Shown in pieces: positions 1 through 15,005 of a DNA stretch of 64,000 nucleotides. The notes beneath the pieces are model-generated. The model had not been told where the DNA came from, did no database searches, and worked only from the letters and a program-made list of their open reading frames with translations. The stretch is from an uncultured Acidobacteriota bacterium. Its GTDB lineage: Bacteria; Acidobacteriota; Vicinamibacteria; Vicinamibacterales; UBA2999. The DNA lies in NCBI GenBank assembly GCA_963707825.1, contig CAVPRP010000012.1, forward strand, positions 22,003 to 86,002. The letters run 5' to 3'. Position 1 is the first letter of the stretch, and the number at the start of each line of letters is the position of its first letter. The translations under genes were made by a program, and so were the position numbers.

Positions 1-39
1 GACAAAAAGGGCGCCGCGGTTGTTACCGTGGCGCCCTTT
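1..39 (-). terminator. Rho-independent terminator downstream of the DUF349 gene
   Basis: Bases 6-19 pair with 26-39 (14 bp, one G-T) around a 6-nt loop. On the minus-strand RNA the GC-rich stem runs into UUUUUGUC (bases 8-1). Confidence 0.7.
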
Positions 40-44
40 CTCGT

Positions 45-125
45 TCAAGACCTCTAGGACCCAGAACCTGAGAACCTGAGAACCTAGAACCTGCAGAACC
101 CTAGAACCCTGCAGCCCTAGGTTCT
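45..125. repeat. Short tandem-repeat array A (one CAAGACC unit, then about seven 8-nt AGAACCTG/AGAACCCT-type units)
   Basis: Direct reading: cagaacctg agaacctg agaaccta gaacctgc agaaccct agaaccct gcagccct aggttct. It contains the stop codon at 117-119 of the DUF349 ORF. Confidence 0.85.
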
Positions 126-3024
126 CGCCGTTGACCGCCGCTTCATCTCGGAGAACTTGCGGCACGGCGCGATCGAAGCGATCCTGCAGCGGCTTGCGCT
201 CGTCCGGGCGCGAGCGGACCGAGGCGCGCCCACGCCGACTGCGCGCTGCGCACTTCCTGCTCGGCGGCGCGCTGCCGCGCGTCCTCGGCCTGGCGCGCGG
301 CGCCGGCGCCCATGGTGTTGGCGGCCAGCGCTTCGCGCCACTGGCGCGCCAGCAGCTCGGCCGGCGACAGGTTCTTCGCCGGCTCGGCGCTCTCGGTCGG
401 CAGCAGCTTCTCGACCTTGGCGATCGAGCTTCTCCATCTTGCCCTTGGTCGCTCCGGATCGAGGTCGGTGCCCTTGAAGCCGTCCGGCCAGCGCGTGACC
501 AGCTCGAACAGCGCGGCGTTGACGCGATCGGCGAGCGGCGCCAGCGTGTGGCGCGGCAGCTCCGGCCCCTGCACCCAGCGGGCGCGCGCGGCCTGCACCT
601 TGGCGTAGAGATCGTCCGGCGCCGGCGCGTCGGCCGGCATCGGCGGCCGGCACCAGCGCCTTCGAGCTCGGCGACCGCGCGTTTCGCGATCGACCATCTT
701 GCCCTGCAGCGCCACCTGATCGCGATTCTTGAAGCGCTCGAAGAACAGATCGCACGCGCCGCGGAACTCGCTTCCAGATCGCGTCCGACTTGCTCTTCTT
801 CACCGGACCGATCGCTCTTCCACTCGACCTGCAGCCGCTTGATGCGCGACGCGGCCTGCTCCCACTCGGTGGATTCGCGACAGCTGCTTGGCTTCGGCGA
901 CGAGCGCTTCCTTGCGCTTCGAGGTTCTCGGTCCAGTCCTGCTTGCGCTGCTTGAGATCGTCCTGGCGGCGCGTGAAGAACTTGTCGCACGCGGCGCGGA
1001 AGCGCTCCCACACCGCCTTCTCGTTGCCGCGCGTGACCGGGCCGATCGCCTTCCACTCGGCCTGCAGCGTCTTCATCGCGTCGGCGGTCTTCACCCAGTC
1101 GGTGGAGTCGGCCATCGATTCGGCGCGCGACGCAGAGCGCTTCCTTCTTCTTCAGGTTCTCGACTGCGCTCGGCCGCCTGCTGCGCGAAGAAGTCCTTGC
1201 ACTTGTCGTAGACCTGCTCCTGCGCGGTCTTGAAGCGCGTCCACAGCGTCTCGGCCTGCGAGCGCGGCGCGGCGGCGACCGGCTTCCAGCGCTCCTGCAG
1301 CGTGCGCATTTCGTTCGACGGCTTTTTCCGGATCGGTTTCGGCGAGCGGGATGAGCGCTTCCATCTTGGCGCAGAGCTCTTCCTGCACCTGGACGTTGGC
1401 CCAGCGCTTCCACTCCTCGGCTTCGCGCAGCTCCTGGATGCGCGGCGTCAGCGCGGTCGCGCACGGCCTGCAGCCGCACCATCAGGTCTTCGCGATCCTG
1501 CTTGGTCGGCAGCGGGCCCATCGTGCCGACGGCCAGCTTGACGTCCTTCATCAGCTGATCGGCCTGCTTGAGCGTGAGGATCTCGGCGGCGGCGCGCGTC
1601 TCGAACTTCTGCACCAGCGCCTGCAGCCGCTGCAGGTTCTCCACCTGCTGCTGGCCCTTGGCGTCGCGGTGCACCTGTTCCTGCGCTTCGAGCTTCTGCG
1701 CGGCGGCGTCGTAGCGCGCGCGCAGCTCGGCATCGATCTCGACGTCGCGCGCGATCGCCTGCCACTGCTTGCGCAGCGCGTACCACTGGCTGCGGATGTC
1801 GTTGTAGTACGGGTTCGCCGCGAGCGCCTCGATCTCGGGCACGAGCGTCGGCAGCCGCTCGGCCGACTGCTTGGCGAGCTGGCGCCGCTCGAAGCGCTTC
1901 TCGGCGGCGCGGCACGCTTCGTCGAAGCGGCGATCGAGCTCCGCCGCCCACGCCTCGGGCATCGCCGGCATGCCTTCCCACGTCGCGCGCGCCTGCGGCG
2001 AGCCGATCGGTGATGTCGTCGCCGCTCGAGGCCTTCGACGCCGCGCGCACACCGCCGCGCGATCGGCCTGTTCCTGCTCGAGCGCGCGGCGCTGCCGCTC
2101 GGCATCGGCGCGCGCCGCTTCGTCGGCGGCGAGGCGCTCGCGCACGACGTTCGGACGCGTTCTCGAAGTCGGCCTCGATCGGTCGGCTGGATGTCGGCGT
2201 CGGCCAGCAGCTCGACCCACGCGACGCGCGCCGGCGGCGTACGCTTCGCGCAGCTGCGGCGAAATCGGCGGCCGACGACAGGTCGCGTCATCTGCGGCGA
2301 CCAGGTCGCGCGCCGTTCTGCTGATCGGCGTCCTTGTAGGCCGGACCGGTCTCGGCCGCGCACGGGCGCCGGCTGCGCTCGCCTTCAACAGCGTCGCGCG
2401 CCTTCTTCTGCGCCGCCTTGGTGCGCGCCTTCTCGGCGATCGCCGGTCAGCGTCTCGGTCGACGGATTCGCCAGCGCGATCGATCGCGGCGACGGCGGCA
2501 TCGGCGTGCTCGCCGCGCAGCGCCACGCCTTCGATCTCGGCGGCGTCGGTCAAGCGCTCGAGCGCGACCAGCCGCGCGCCGGCTTCCGCCGCGTGACGCG
2601 CGATGCTGCCGAGCGACTTCTCGTCGCGCACGCGCGGCGATCGCCGCGCGGCGCACCGTCATCCGGACCCGCCGCCTTGCGCCACCTGCGCCAGCTCGCG
2701 CTCGCGGCCGAGCGACGCCAGCGCGGCCACGGCGGTCATCGCCACGCGCGGCGTCGTGCTTCGACGCCTGCTCGACCAGCTGGCCGAGCGCGTGATCGCG
2801 CACGCTGCCTTCGGACTCGTTGCGGACGATGTCGGCGAGCACCGACGGCGTCGCCGATCCGCGCCACCGCGACGCGCCGCACGCGCGCGTCGGTATCGTC
2901 CTTGGCGAACGCGTTCAGCGACTCGATGATCGGCGGGATCGAGCTCGTGAATCGCTTCGATGCGGATGTTGGGGTCGGGGTGCGTGGACTTGGACTGCGG
3001 GCGGAGCTTGTCGAGAATTCCCAT
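117..3024 (-). CDS. DUF349 domain-containing protein (frame-disrupted in this assembly)
   Basis: Minus-strand fragments 2659-3051 (N-terminus MGILDKLRPQSK), 1091-1309 and 117-1115 carry the repeated helical motif W..(F/W)..F...C/A..FF, for example LQAEWKAIGPV..VWERFRAACDKFF and LQERWKPV..LWTRFKTAQEQVYDKCKDFF. There are many frame switches between fragments. Confidence 0.7.
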
Positions 3025-3251
3025 TGGTGTTTCAGACCCCGGCCGGCCCACTGAGCGCGGCCGGCGATGCCTCCTGTCGTGTTACTTCAGTAGACGGTCG
3101 TTCAGGCTCGCGAAGACGTCGGGACTGCGGTCGCATGACCGGTGACCGGCCCCTAGCGCACGTGGTCTCGAGGTGCGACCGTCGATCATCCGCTGGTCGA
3201 CGCGCAGCCCGGCCTGCGCAATGCGACGCGTTGCACTATTCACATCCACTA

Positions 3252-3267
3252 ATCTACATTAATAGAT
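3252..3267 (+). promoter_or_regulatory. Candidate ArsR-type operator overlapping a -10-like box
   Basis: Dyad ATCTA-N6-TAGAT (3252-3256 / 3263-3267) sits in a local AT-rich patch. TACATT (3255-3260) ends 7 nt before the ATG at 3268. Confidence 0.35.
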
Positions 3268-4229
3268 ATGAAAGAGGCGTCCGCGCTCTACCGGCTGCTG
3301 GGCGACGAGGCCCGGCTGCGGCTGCTGCGCGTGCTCGACAAGGACCGCTTCAACGTCAAGGAGCTGACCGGCATCCTCGGCCTCGCGCAGTCGGGCGTCT
3401 CGCGCCACCTCGGGCTGCTCAAGGAGTCGGAGCTGGTCGTCGAGGAACGCGACGGCGCCTACAGCTTATTACCGCCTCTCCCCGCCGTGCGAGGACGGCA
3501 AGGGCGCCGCTCTGGCCGCTGCTGCAGTCGCAGTTCGACGCCGCCGGCGCACTCGCCGCTCGTCAAGGCGGACGAATCGCGGCTGCAGGAAGTGCTGCGG
3601 CTGCGCCGCGAGAACTTCGAGCACGCCGGCCCCGACACGCGCGACGGCCGGCAGCTGGTGCCCGGGCCGCAGCTGGGCCGCATGGTCGCGCGCGCTCGGC
3701 CTGCTGCTGCCGCCGCTCGACGTCGCCGATCTCGGCTGCGGCGAAGGCTATCTGACCGTCGAGACGGCGCGCTGGGCGCAGCACGTGATCGCCGTCGATC
3801 GCTCGACCGGCGTGCTGGCCCGCGCCAAGGCGCTGGCCGCGCCGCACGGCTGACGAACATCACCTGGAAGAAGGGCGAGCTCGAAAAGCTGCCGCTCGAG
3901 ACGGCAGCGATGGACGTCGCGCTGCTGTCGCAGGCGCTGCATCACGCGGCCGACCCGGCGCGGCGCGCTCGCCGAAGCGGCGCGCGTCCTGCAAGCCCGG
4001 CGGCCGCCTGCTGATCCTCGACCTGCGGCCGCACGACGAAGCTGGGTGCGCGACAAGCTCGGCGATCGCTGGCTCGGCTTCAGCGACGACCATCTGTCGG
4101 CGCTGCTGACCACGCGCCGGCTTCACCGACGTCCGCGTCGCGCTCGGCGCGCGGCGCACCGAACGATCCGTTCGCCGTGCTGCTCGCCATCGGCACGAAG
4201 CCGCGTCGCCGGCAAGAGCACGAACCTGA
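3268..4229 (+). CDS. ArsR/SmtB-family wHTH regulator fused to a class I SAM-dependent methyltransferase (frame-disrupted)
   Basis: N-terminus [51 protein letters not shown]. In another frame, [14 protein letters not shown] (SAM motif I) and [29 protein letters not shown]. One frame gives a TGA at 4227-4229 directly abutting the metH ATG; the end is approximate. Confidence 0.7.
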
Positions 4230-8016
<3,787 letters not shown>

Positions 8017-8348
8017 GCGCGGCTCCGATGAATTTGCCACATGCGTTGAATCTTCTCCCGGGTCGGCCTAGGATGGCGGCACGCCGGTTCCTGTTGAGCC
8101 GGGAGGAGCAGCACATGTTCGATCACCCAACCGATCATCGACGACCGTATTGGCCGGTCGCTACCGGCCCGCTGACCGTCCTGTCCGCACGTCCCGCCTC
8201 GCACCAGCCCGCCCTCTGCTCCTGCTCCCAGCAGGCCTGCTCCCAGCAGCAGTCGCAGCAGTAGTTTCCCCAATTCGCCACTCGCGGTTCGTCTAGCGCC
8301 CCATCGTGGTGCGCGTTCACGTTCGACCTCTGCCCGCTGGAGGCCAGC

Positions 8349-8894
8349 ATGCCGTCGTTGTCCCTGCTCGTCGTCTATCTCGCCGTGTCGCTCACCATCG
8401 CGCTGCCGGGGGTGAGCCCCGCCCACGCCCAGGACGCGCACGTCCGTGGGCTCGATCCGTTCGCAGCCGCCGCCCTCGAGCGCGGGCAGGACCGGTCGCA
8501 GCGATTTCGCGAGCTGGTCCAGGAGCTGAACAGGTCCGACGTGATCGTGCACGTCGTCACCGGCGTTGGTTTCACGTCCGGAGTGGCCGGAACGACCCGC
8601 TTCGTCGCGAGCCTGGGAGGGGCCCGGTACCTTCGCGTCGATCTGGCCTCGACGCTGTCTTTCGATTGGCAGGTGGTCATCCTCGCCCACGAACTGCAGC
8701 ACGCCTGCGAAGTGGCGCGCTCCGCGGCCTCGTCCTCTGGCGACGTCAGGGCGTTGTATCAGGACATCGGCAAGGCAGTTCCGGGATACTCGGACGTGTT
8801 CGAAACCACCGATGCGGTGAGGACGGGCGAGGATGTGAGGCAAGAGCTGCGGAGTGGGCGCGGCCGCTTACGCACGGTGGAGGGCCACCGCTGA
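8349..8894 (+). CDS. Secreted hypothetical protein with HExxH motif (paralog of 38164-38814)
   Basis: Intact 181-aa ORF with GGAGG 6 nt upstream. Signal peptide ends AHAQ. It has the ILAHELQHACEV motif and aligns block-by-block with the 38164 protein. Confidence 0.75.
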   Translation: MPSLSLLVVYLAVSLTIALPGVSPAHAQDAHVRGLDPFAAAALERGQDRSQRFRELVQELNRSDVIVHVVTGVGFTSGVAGTTRFVASLGGARYLRVDLASTLSFDWQVVILAHELQHACEVARSAASSSGDVRALYQDIGKAVPGYSDVFETTDAVRTGEDVRQELRSGRGRLRTVEGHR

Positions 8895-8917
8895 GCGGAC
8901 GTGGGCGGAGCCTGCCG

Positions 8918-10086
8918 TCACCCCTTCAGTTCGGCCCGGGTGCGTCGTGCCCACAGGTAATACGGAATCGACAACGCCGCCAGCGCGCCGCCACGCCAAA
9001 GGCGCGGCCGAACCCGTAGTGCTCGCTGATCCAGCCGACGGCGATCGAGCCGGTGCCGATGCCGGTGTCGAAGGCGCCGATCAGCGCGCCGAAGGTGGCG
9101 CCGCGGCGGTGCTCGTCGACGTGCTGCATCAGGTGCGCGACGAAGATCGGATACGCCGAGCCGAAGCCGATGCCGAACAGAACGCCGAGACCACGAACAC
9201 CGGTCCGGCGTCGTGGCCACCGACAGCAAGGCCAACGCCGAGCACGATCATCGCACAGGCACGGCACGATCAACCGCGCGTGGCCGACGCGATCGGCGTA
9301 GCGGCCGATGAACGGCCGCGTGACGATGATCGTCGAGGCAGAACACCGTGAAGTACAACGCGCGCGGCGACGCCGAGCTGCTCGGCGTAGCACCGCGACG
9401 AAGCTGGTGATGCCGCCGTAGCTGAAGGAATAGAGGAACAGCGTGACGCGCCAGATCAGCACCGCGCCACTCGACCAGGTCCTGCGGATGCATCGAGCGT
9501 CGGCATGGCCGCTGGCGCTCGTCCGGCGGCAGCCGCCAGGCGATCACCGCCATGACGATGTTCAGGACCGCCGCCTCGATGCACAGCAGGCGCCAGCCGC
9601 CGTGATCGAACACCCACAGGCCAATCGACGGCGCCACCGCGACGGCGAGGATGCTGGCGAAGCCCGAGTAGCCGAGGCCCTCGGCGCGCCGCGACGGCGG
9701 CACGATGTCGATGACGTAGGAGCTCGAGCTCGACAGCAGTCCCGACCAGAACACGCCGTGCACCAGCGACCAGCGCCGAGGATGACCTGATAGTCGGCGC
9801 GCACCGCGTAGAGCAGCGAGAACACCGTGATCGCCAGGCTGGCGACGATCAGCAGCACGCGCCGCTTGCCGAGGCGATCGGCGATGCGCGCCGGTGATCG
9901 GCGCCGAGATCGCCGACGCGTAGGTGAGGAAGCCGAGGAACAGCCCGGCCTCGAGCTGGCTGCCGCCGAGCGCGAGGATGTGGAACGGCGCCGTCGGCAG
10001 CAGCTGAAAGGCCGACAGGAAGACCGTGAAGCTGTAACTCCACATCAGCAAGAAGCGCGGCGTGAAGAGCGCTCAGGCTCGGACAT
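8918..10086 (-). CDS. MFS transporter (frame-disrupted)
   Basis: Fragments FTPRFLLMWSYSFTVFLSAFQLLPTAPFHILALGGSQLEAGLFLGFLTYASAISAPITG and the C-terminal IPYYLWARRTRAELKG. The likely ATG at 10086 overlaps the upstream gene end; the start is uncertain. Confidence 0.7.
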
Positions 10087-11070
10087 CGAGGACGAGCTTT
10101 CCAATGTGCGCGCTGGTCTCCATGCAGCCGGTGCGCCAGCGGCGCCTCGGCGAGCGGGAACACCTCGTGGATGACCGGCGCGACGGCGCCCCTTCTCGAG
10201 CAGCGGCCACACCTGCTGCGAGCAGATCGCGCGCGATCACGCCCTTCTCCTCCGGCGTGCGCGGCCGCAGCGTCGATCCGGTGATCCACAGGCGCTTGCG
10301 CATCATCACCGAGAAGTCGAGCTCCGCCTTGCGCGCTCTTGAGGAACGCGATCTGCACCAGCCGCCCTTCGACGGCCAGCAGATCGAGGTTGCGGGCGAT
10401 GTAGTCGCCGCCGACCATGTCGAGGACCACGTCGACGCCGCGGCCGCCGGTGGCCTGCGCTCGCCTCGGCGACCCAGTCCGTCGGTGCGATAGTTGAAGG
10501 CCTGCGTCGGCGCCGAGCCGCAGCGCACGCCGCGCACTTCTCGTCGCTGCCGGCGGTCGCGAAGACGCGCGCGCCGAAGGCCTGCGCCAGCTGAATCGCC
10601 GTGGTGCCGATGCCGCTCGTGCCGCCGTGGATCAGGATCGTCTCGCCGGCCTTCAGCTGGCCGCGCTGGAACACGTTGGTCCACACGGTGAAGAACGTTT
10701 CGGGCATGCGCCGCGGCCTCGATCATCGACAGGCCGTCGGGAATCGGCAGGCACTGCTCCTGCGGCGCCGACGCAGTGTTCGGCGTAGCCGCCGCCGGCC
10801 ACCAGCGCGCAGATCGGGTCGCCGATCGCGCCAGCCGCGCGACGCCCTCGCCGACGCGCGGCGACCGCGCCGGCGACTTCGAGGCCGGGAATGTCGGACG
10901 CGCCCGGCGGCGGCGGGTACTTCCCGAGCCGCTGCATGACGTCGGGGCGATTGACGCCGGCCGCGTGCGACGTCGATCAGCATCTCGCCGGGCGCGGGAA
11001 CCGGATCGGGCCGCTCGACGACGCGCAGCACGTCGGGCGGGCCGAACTGGGCGATGTCGATGTCGCGCAT
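10073..11070 (-). CDS. NAD(P)H:quinone oxidoreductase, zinc-independent MDR family (frame-disrupted)
   Basis: [34 protein letters not shown]; [53 protein letters not shown]; C-terminal [11 protein letters not shown]. Confidence 0.8.
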
Positions 11071-11092
11071 CGTGTACACCTCGTGCCGGCGA

Positions 11093-12450
11093 CTACTTCA
11101 GTCCCGACGGCAGGCGCGGCGACGACAGCAGCGCCGTGAACTCGCTGCCAGCGCCGCGCCGGCGTCGTTGTCGCGCCCGACCTGCTTCTCGACGTAGGCG
11201 CGGACCAGGTCCTTGCCGAGGTTGTAGTTGATCACGTAGCTGCGGTACTGGTCGATGAACTTGACGCGCTGCTCGGCCCGCGGCTTCGGTATACATCGCG
11301 TACTTCTCGAGCCACGCCGACGGCGGCCGGCGCGATCGATCTTGCCGTCGAGATAGTGGCGCGCCGCCTCGTTGCCGGCATAGGACAGGCGATCGACCAG
11401 GTCGAGCACGTCGTAATACTCCGTCGACCGTCGCTCGGATCGAGGCCCGGCCAGCGGGAACAGCACGTCGCGCTCGAAGGCCAGCCGCTCCGGCGGCGAG
11501 AACGCGACCTCGATGCCGTAGTTGGCGGTGCCCTCGGCAATCAGCGACTGCGGCGAGAACAGCGGATAGACGGTGTATTCGATCCAGCCGCGATCGCTTG
11601 ACCAGGTTCTTCTCGAGCAGCGCGTTGTAGACGTGATGCCCGGGATAGCCCTCGTGGCACGCGAGGTCGATCGCGCGATCGATGTAGATCGGCAGGTCGG
11701 TGTTGACCTGGATCAGGCTCTTGTAGTTCGCCCTGATACCAGTTGTAGCCGCTCCACGACTTGTCGGTGACGTACTCGACGGTGAAGCGCTCGCCCGGCG
11801 GCAGGTCGACGTGGGTCAGCGTGCGCTCGCGGCAGGCGCGAATCGCCTCCTGGAACACCCGATCGAGCCGGTCGCGTCGGGATGACGAAGTCCTGCTTGA
11901 AGCGATCGTAGCGCTCGATCAGCGAGCCCTCGCCCGGCAGCTTGCGCTTCGAGCTGCTCGAGGACCGCCTGGAACTCCGACTCCGGCTTGCGTCGGCGCC
12001 ACCGCGTCGTAGAGCGCGCAGCGATTCCTCGTCGAACGTGAACGTCTTGCCCTGCAGCATCGCCACGCGCGAGCGCAGCGCCGCCAGCTGCCGCGTCAGG
12101 TACTGCCGGCGCAGCGCCCACAGCTCCGCATCGGCGCGACCGGCGGCGTCGCCGGCGACGCGGCCAGCTCGGCTTCGACCGCCGCCGCCTGCGCGTCGAT
12201 CGTCGGGCAGCGGCTTCTTCGCCGCCTCGGCCTCCTTGCGCCATTCGGGCGGGCCGTAGAAGGCGTCGACGTAGTCGCCGTCGTGCTGCCCGACGGCCAG
12301 CACCAGCTTCACGTATTGCTCGGCGACCGCCCGATACGGATCGGCGCGCGCGGGCGCCTGCGCCGCGTCATCGCGAGCACCTCCGGCGAGCCAGCAGCCG
12401 CAGCAACGCCGTCCAGGCACCACGGTTCCTCGCGAACCAGGCGCCTTCAT
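11093..12450 (-). CDS. DUF885-like putative zincin lipoprotein/exported protein (frame-disrupted)
   Basis: The HEGYPGHHVYNALLEKNLV motif was read by hand on the minus strand near 11620-11660. Other fragments: GDYVDAFYGPPEWRKEAEAAKKPL and YVINYNLGKDLVRAYVEKQVG. The ATG at 12448-12450 overlaps the upstream stop (ATGA). Confidence 0.5.
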
Positions 12451-13477
12451 TTCGCATATCGCTTCCGAATCGTCGGGATCAGGTAATCGCGGAACGCGCG
12501 CTCGAAGTCGTACGCGGGCGCGAAGCCCCAGTCGCGGCGCGCCGCCGAGTCGTCCACGTCCTCCGGCCACGAATCGACGATGCCCTGCCGCTTGACGTCG
12601 TTGTCCCAGGTGATCGTCGGCGTTCGGGAAACGCGCGCATCACTTCGTCGCGGACCTCTTCCGCCGACGGATTGAAGGCCGCCAGGTTGTAGGCGGTGCG
12701 CGTCAGCGTTCGCCTTCGGCGCCGCCGCCAGCGTCAGCAGCGCCTCGATGCCGTCGGGCATCGCCATGAACGGAATGCGCGTATCGGGCCGCACGAAGCA
12801 GGCGTACGGCTCGCCCTTCGCCGCGGCATGGATCATCTCCGGCGCGTAGTCGGAGGTGCCGCCCGACGGCACCGTCAGCGCCGAGATCAAGCCCGGGAAA
12901 CCGCACGCAGCGGAAATCGACGCGGCCCGACTGCGACTCGGCGGCCAGCTGCTTGTAGAACTTCGCGTAGTAGCGGCCCAGTTGCTCGCAATACAGCTTG
13001 TTGCAGCCGTACATCGTCGACGGCGTGTTGTAGTCGTCTTCCTTCACCTTGCCGGCGCGCCGCTTGGTCTCGAGATCCGGCAGCCCGTAGGCGGCGATCG
13101 ACGAGGGATAGAGAAACGTCACCGGCCGGCCGTGCGACTCGGCCTCGTGCTGCGAGAACTCGAGCAGGTTCAGCGTGCCTTCGACGTTGACCTGGTGCGC
13201 CGTCACCGGCGTGAACTCCGATCGCGTCGACAGCAGCGCCGCGAGGTGGTAGACCGTCGTCGACCTCGAACTCCGACAGCATGCGCTCGAGCAGCGGCTT
13301 GTCCATGATCGAGCCGGTGAACTCGCGCTGCACCATCTTGCCCGAGCGCCGGCTCGAGCGGGTTGACGTCGAGCGTGATCGACCGGCTGCTCGCCCGTCG
13401 GCGGCGAGCTGCGCGATCAGGCCGTGGCCGATCTCCCCGCCCGCGCCCGTAATCAACACAACCGGCTTGCGAATCAC
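12447..13477 (-). CDS. NAD-dependent epimerase/dehydratase, L-threonine 3-dehydrogenase-like (frame-disrupted)
   Basis: [21 protein letters not shown] Rossmann motif; STMYGCNKLYCEQLG (YxxxK); C-terminal WPEDVDDSAARRDWGFAPAYDFERAFRDYLIPTIRKRY. The GTG start at 13475-13477 overlaps the kinase stop (GTGA). Confidence 0.8.
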
Positions 13478-15005
13478 TGCGATTCTCCTGCGACGGCCGG
13501 CAGATACACCCTGAAGCGTGGCGCCCTTGCCGCGCTCACTCTCGACGGTGATCGCTCCGCCGGTCTGCCGGACGATGCCGTAGACGGTGGACAGGCCGAG
13601 CCCGGTGCCCCGGCCGGTCTCCTTGGTGGTGAAGAACGGCTCGAAGATGCGTGCCTGCGTCGCCTGATCCATCCCGATGCCGTCGTCGCTGACGGCGACA
13701 TCACGAACGCGCCCGGCGCGATGCCGGCCTGGACGATCTCCGGCGCATCGGCGTCGAGCTCGCACGTTGCCGGTGGTGACGACGATCGTGCCGCCCGACG
13801 GCATCGCATCGCGCGCGTTGACGATCAGGTTCAGCAGCACCTGTTCGACCTGCGCCGGATCGGCCAGCACCTGCGACGACGCGATGCGCGACAGCTCGAG
13901 GCGCAGCTGCACGTCGGTGCCGATCAGGCGCCGCGCCATGCGCGACACGCCGCTGACGATCTCGTTCAGGTCGAGCGCGATCGGCTGCAGCACCTGCTTG
14001 CGGCTGAACGCCAGCAGCTGGCGCGTCAGCGACGCGGCGCGATCGGCGGCGTGCAGGATCTCGTCGACTTCCGCGGCCATCGCGGGATCGTGTCTTCACG
14101 CGGTGCGACATCAGCTCGGCGTTGCCGCGAATCGCCGTCAGCAGGTTGTTGAAGTCGTGCGCGATGCCGCCGGCGAGGCGGCCGACCGCCTCCATCTTCT
14201 GCGCCTGGCGCAGCTGGTCCTCGAGCTTCACGCCGATCGCTGATGTCGTGCACGGTGGTCAGGATCGCGCGCTGGCCGCATGAACTCGGTGACGAGCAAA
14301 GATCGCCTCGACCTGGACGATGCTCTCGTCCTTGCGGCGGCCGCGAATGGTCAGGTGCAGCGTTCGCAGCCCGGACTGCCCGAGATCGGCCGAGCTGATC
14401 GATCACGAAGCCGCGATCCTGCTCGACCAGGATCGAGAACGCGCTGTCGAGCGCCAGCAGCTCCGGCACGCGTGTAGCCGAGCAGCGCCGCGCCGGTCGG
14501 GTTCACGTAGGCAAGACGATCGTTCTGCAAAATGAAAATCGAGACCAGCGAGTCTTCGACGAGCGTCCGGAACTTCAGCTCGTCCTCGCGCTGAGGTGTG
14601 CTCTCGGCGGCGCCAACGCGGGCGGTCGATTCGCGCAGGCGCACGATCAGCGCTCGAACGGTGGGCTCGGCGAGAAGGTTCTGCCCGCTCACGTCCATCC
14701 ACCGCAGGCCGCCATCCTGGTGACGGCAGTGGAGACGGGTCAGCAGCGAGACGCCCGGGCGCGCGACCAGGTCGCCGACAAACGCCTGCCACTGCTCCAC
14801 TTCGTTCGGACCGGCGAGGCGATCCGCGGCCTGGCCGTCCAGTTCGCTGGACGCGTACCCGAGCACGTCGGCGACCGCGGCGACTGGACCACTCGACGCG
14901 ACCGTCTCGATCCAGCATGAGAAGACCGTCGCCGCTCAGGGTGGTGAGCGCCGCCAGGCGCGCGACGTCGGGCATCATGGGTGGTCCGTCAATTCTACGC
15001 GCCAT
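13474..15005 (-). CDS. Cytoplasmic PAS-domain sensor histidine kinase (frame-disrupted)
   Basis: H-box [27 protein letters not shown]-box [15 protein letters not shown]-boxes VSDDGIGMD and [16 protein letters not shown]-like segments lie upstream ([14 protein letters not shown]; [24 protein letters not shown]). No TM segment seen and no response regulator in the window. Confidence 0.85.

Noticed and set aside
3055-3267. Cobalamin or SAM riboswitch associated with metH
   Set aside because: I could not recognise a B12-box or SAM-riboswitch core. metH directly abuts the upstream ArsR-methyltransferase gene, which leaves no leader.
12887-14080. 397-aa ORF that looks like a histidine kinase fused to an epimerase
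   Set aside because: This is a frame artefact. In the kinase's true C-terminal frame there is a TGA at 13474-13476, and the epimerase starts at the overlapping GTG (13475-13477).
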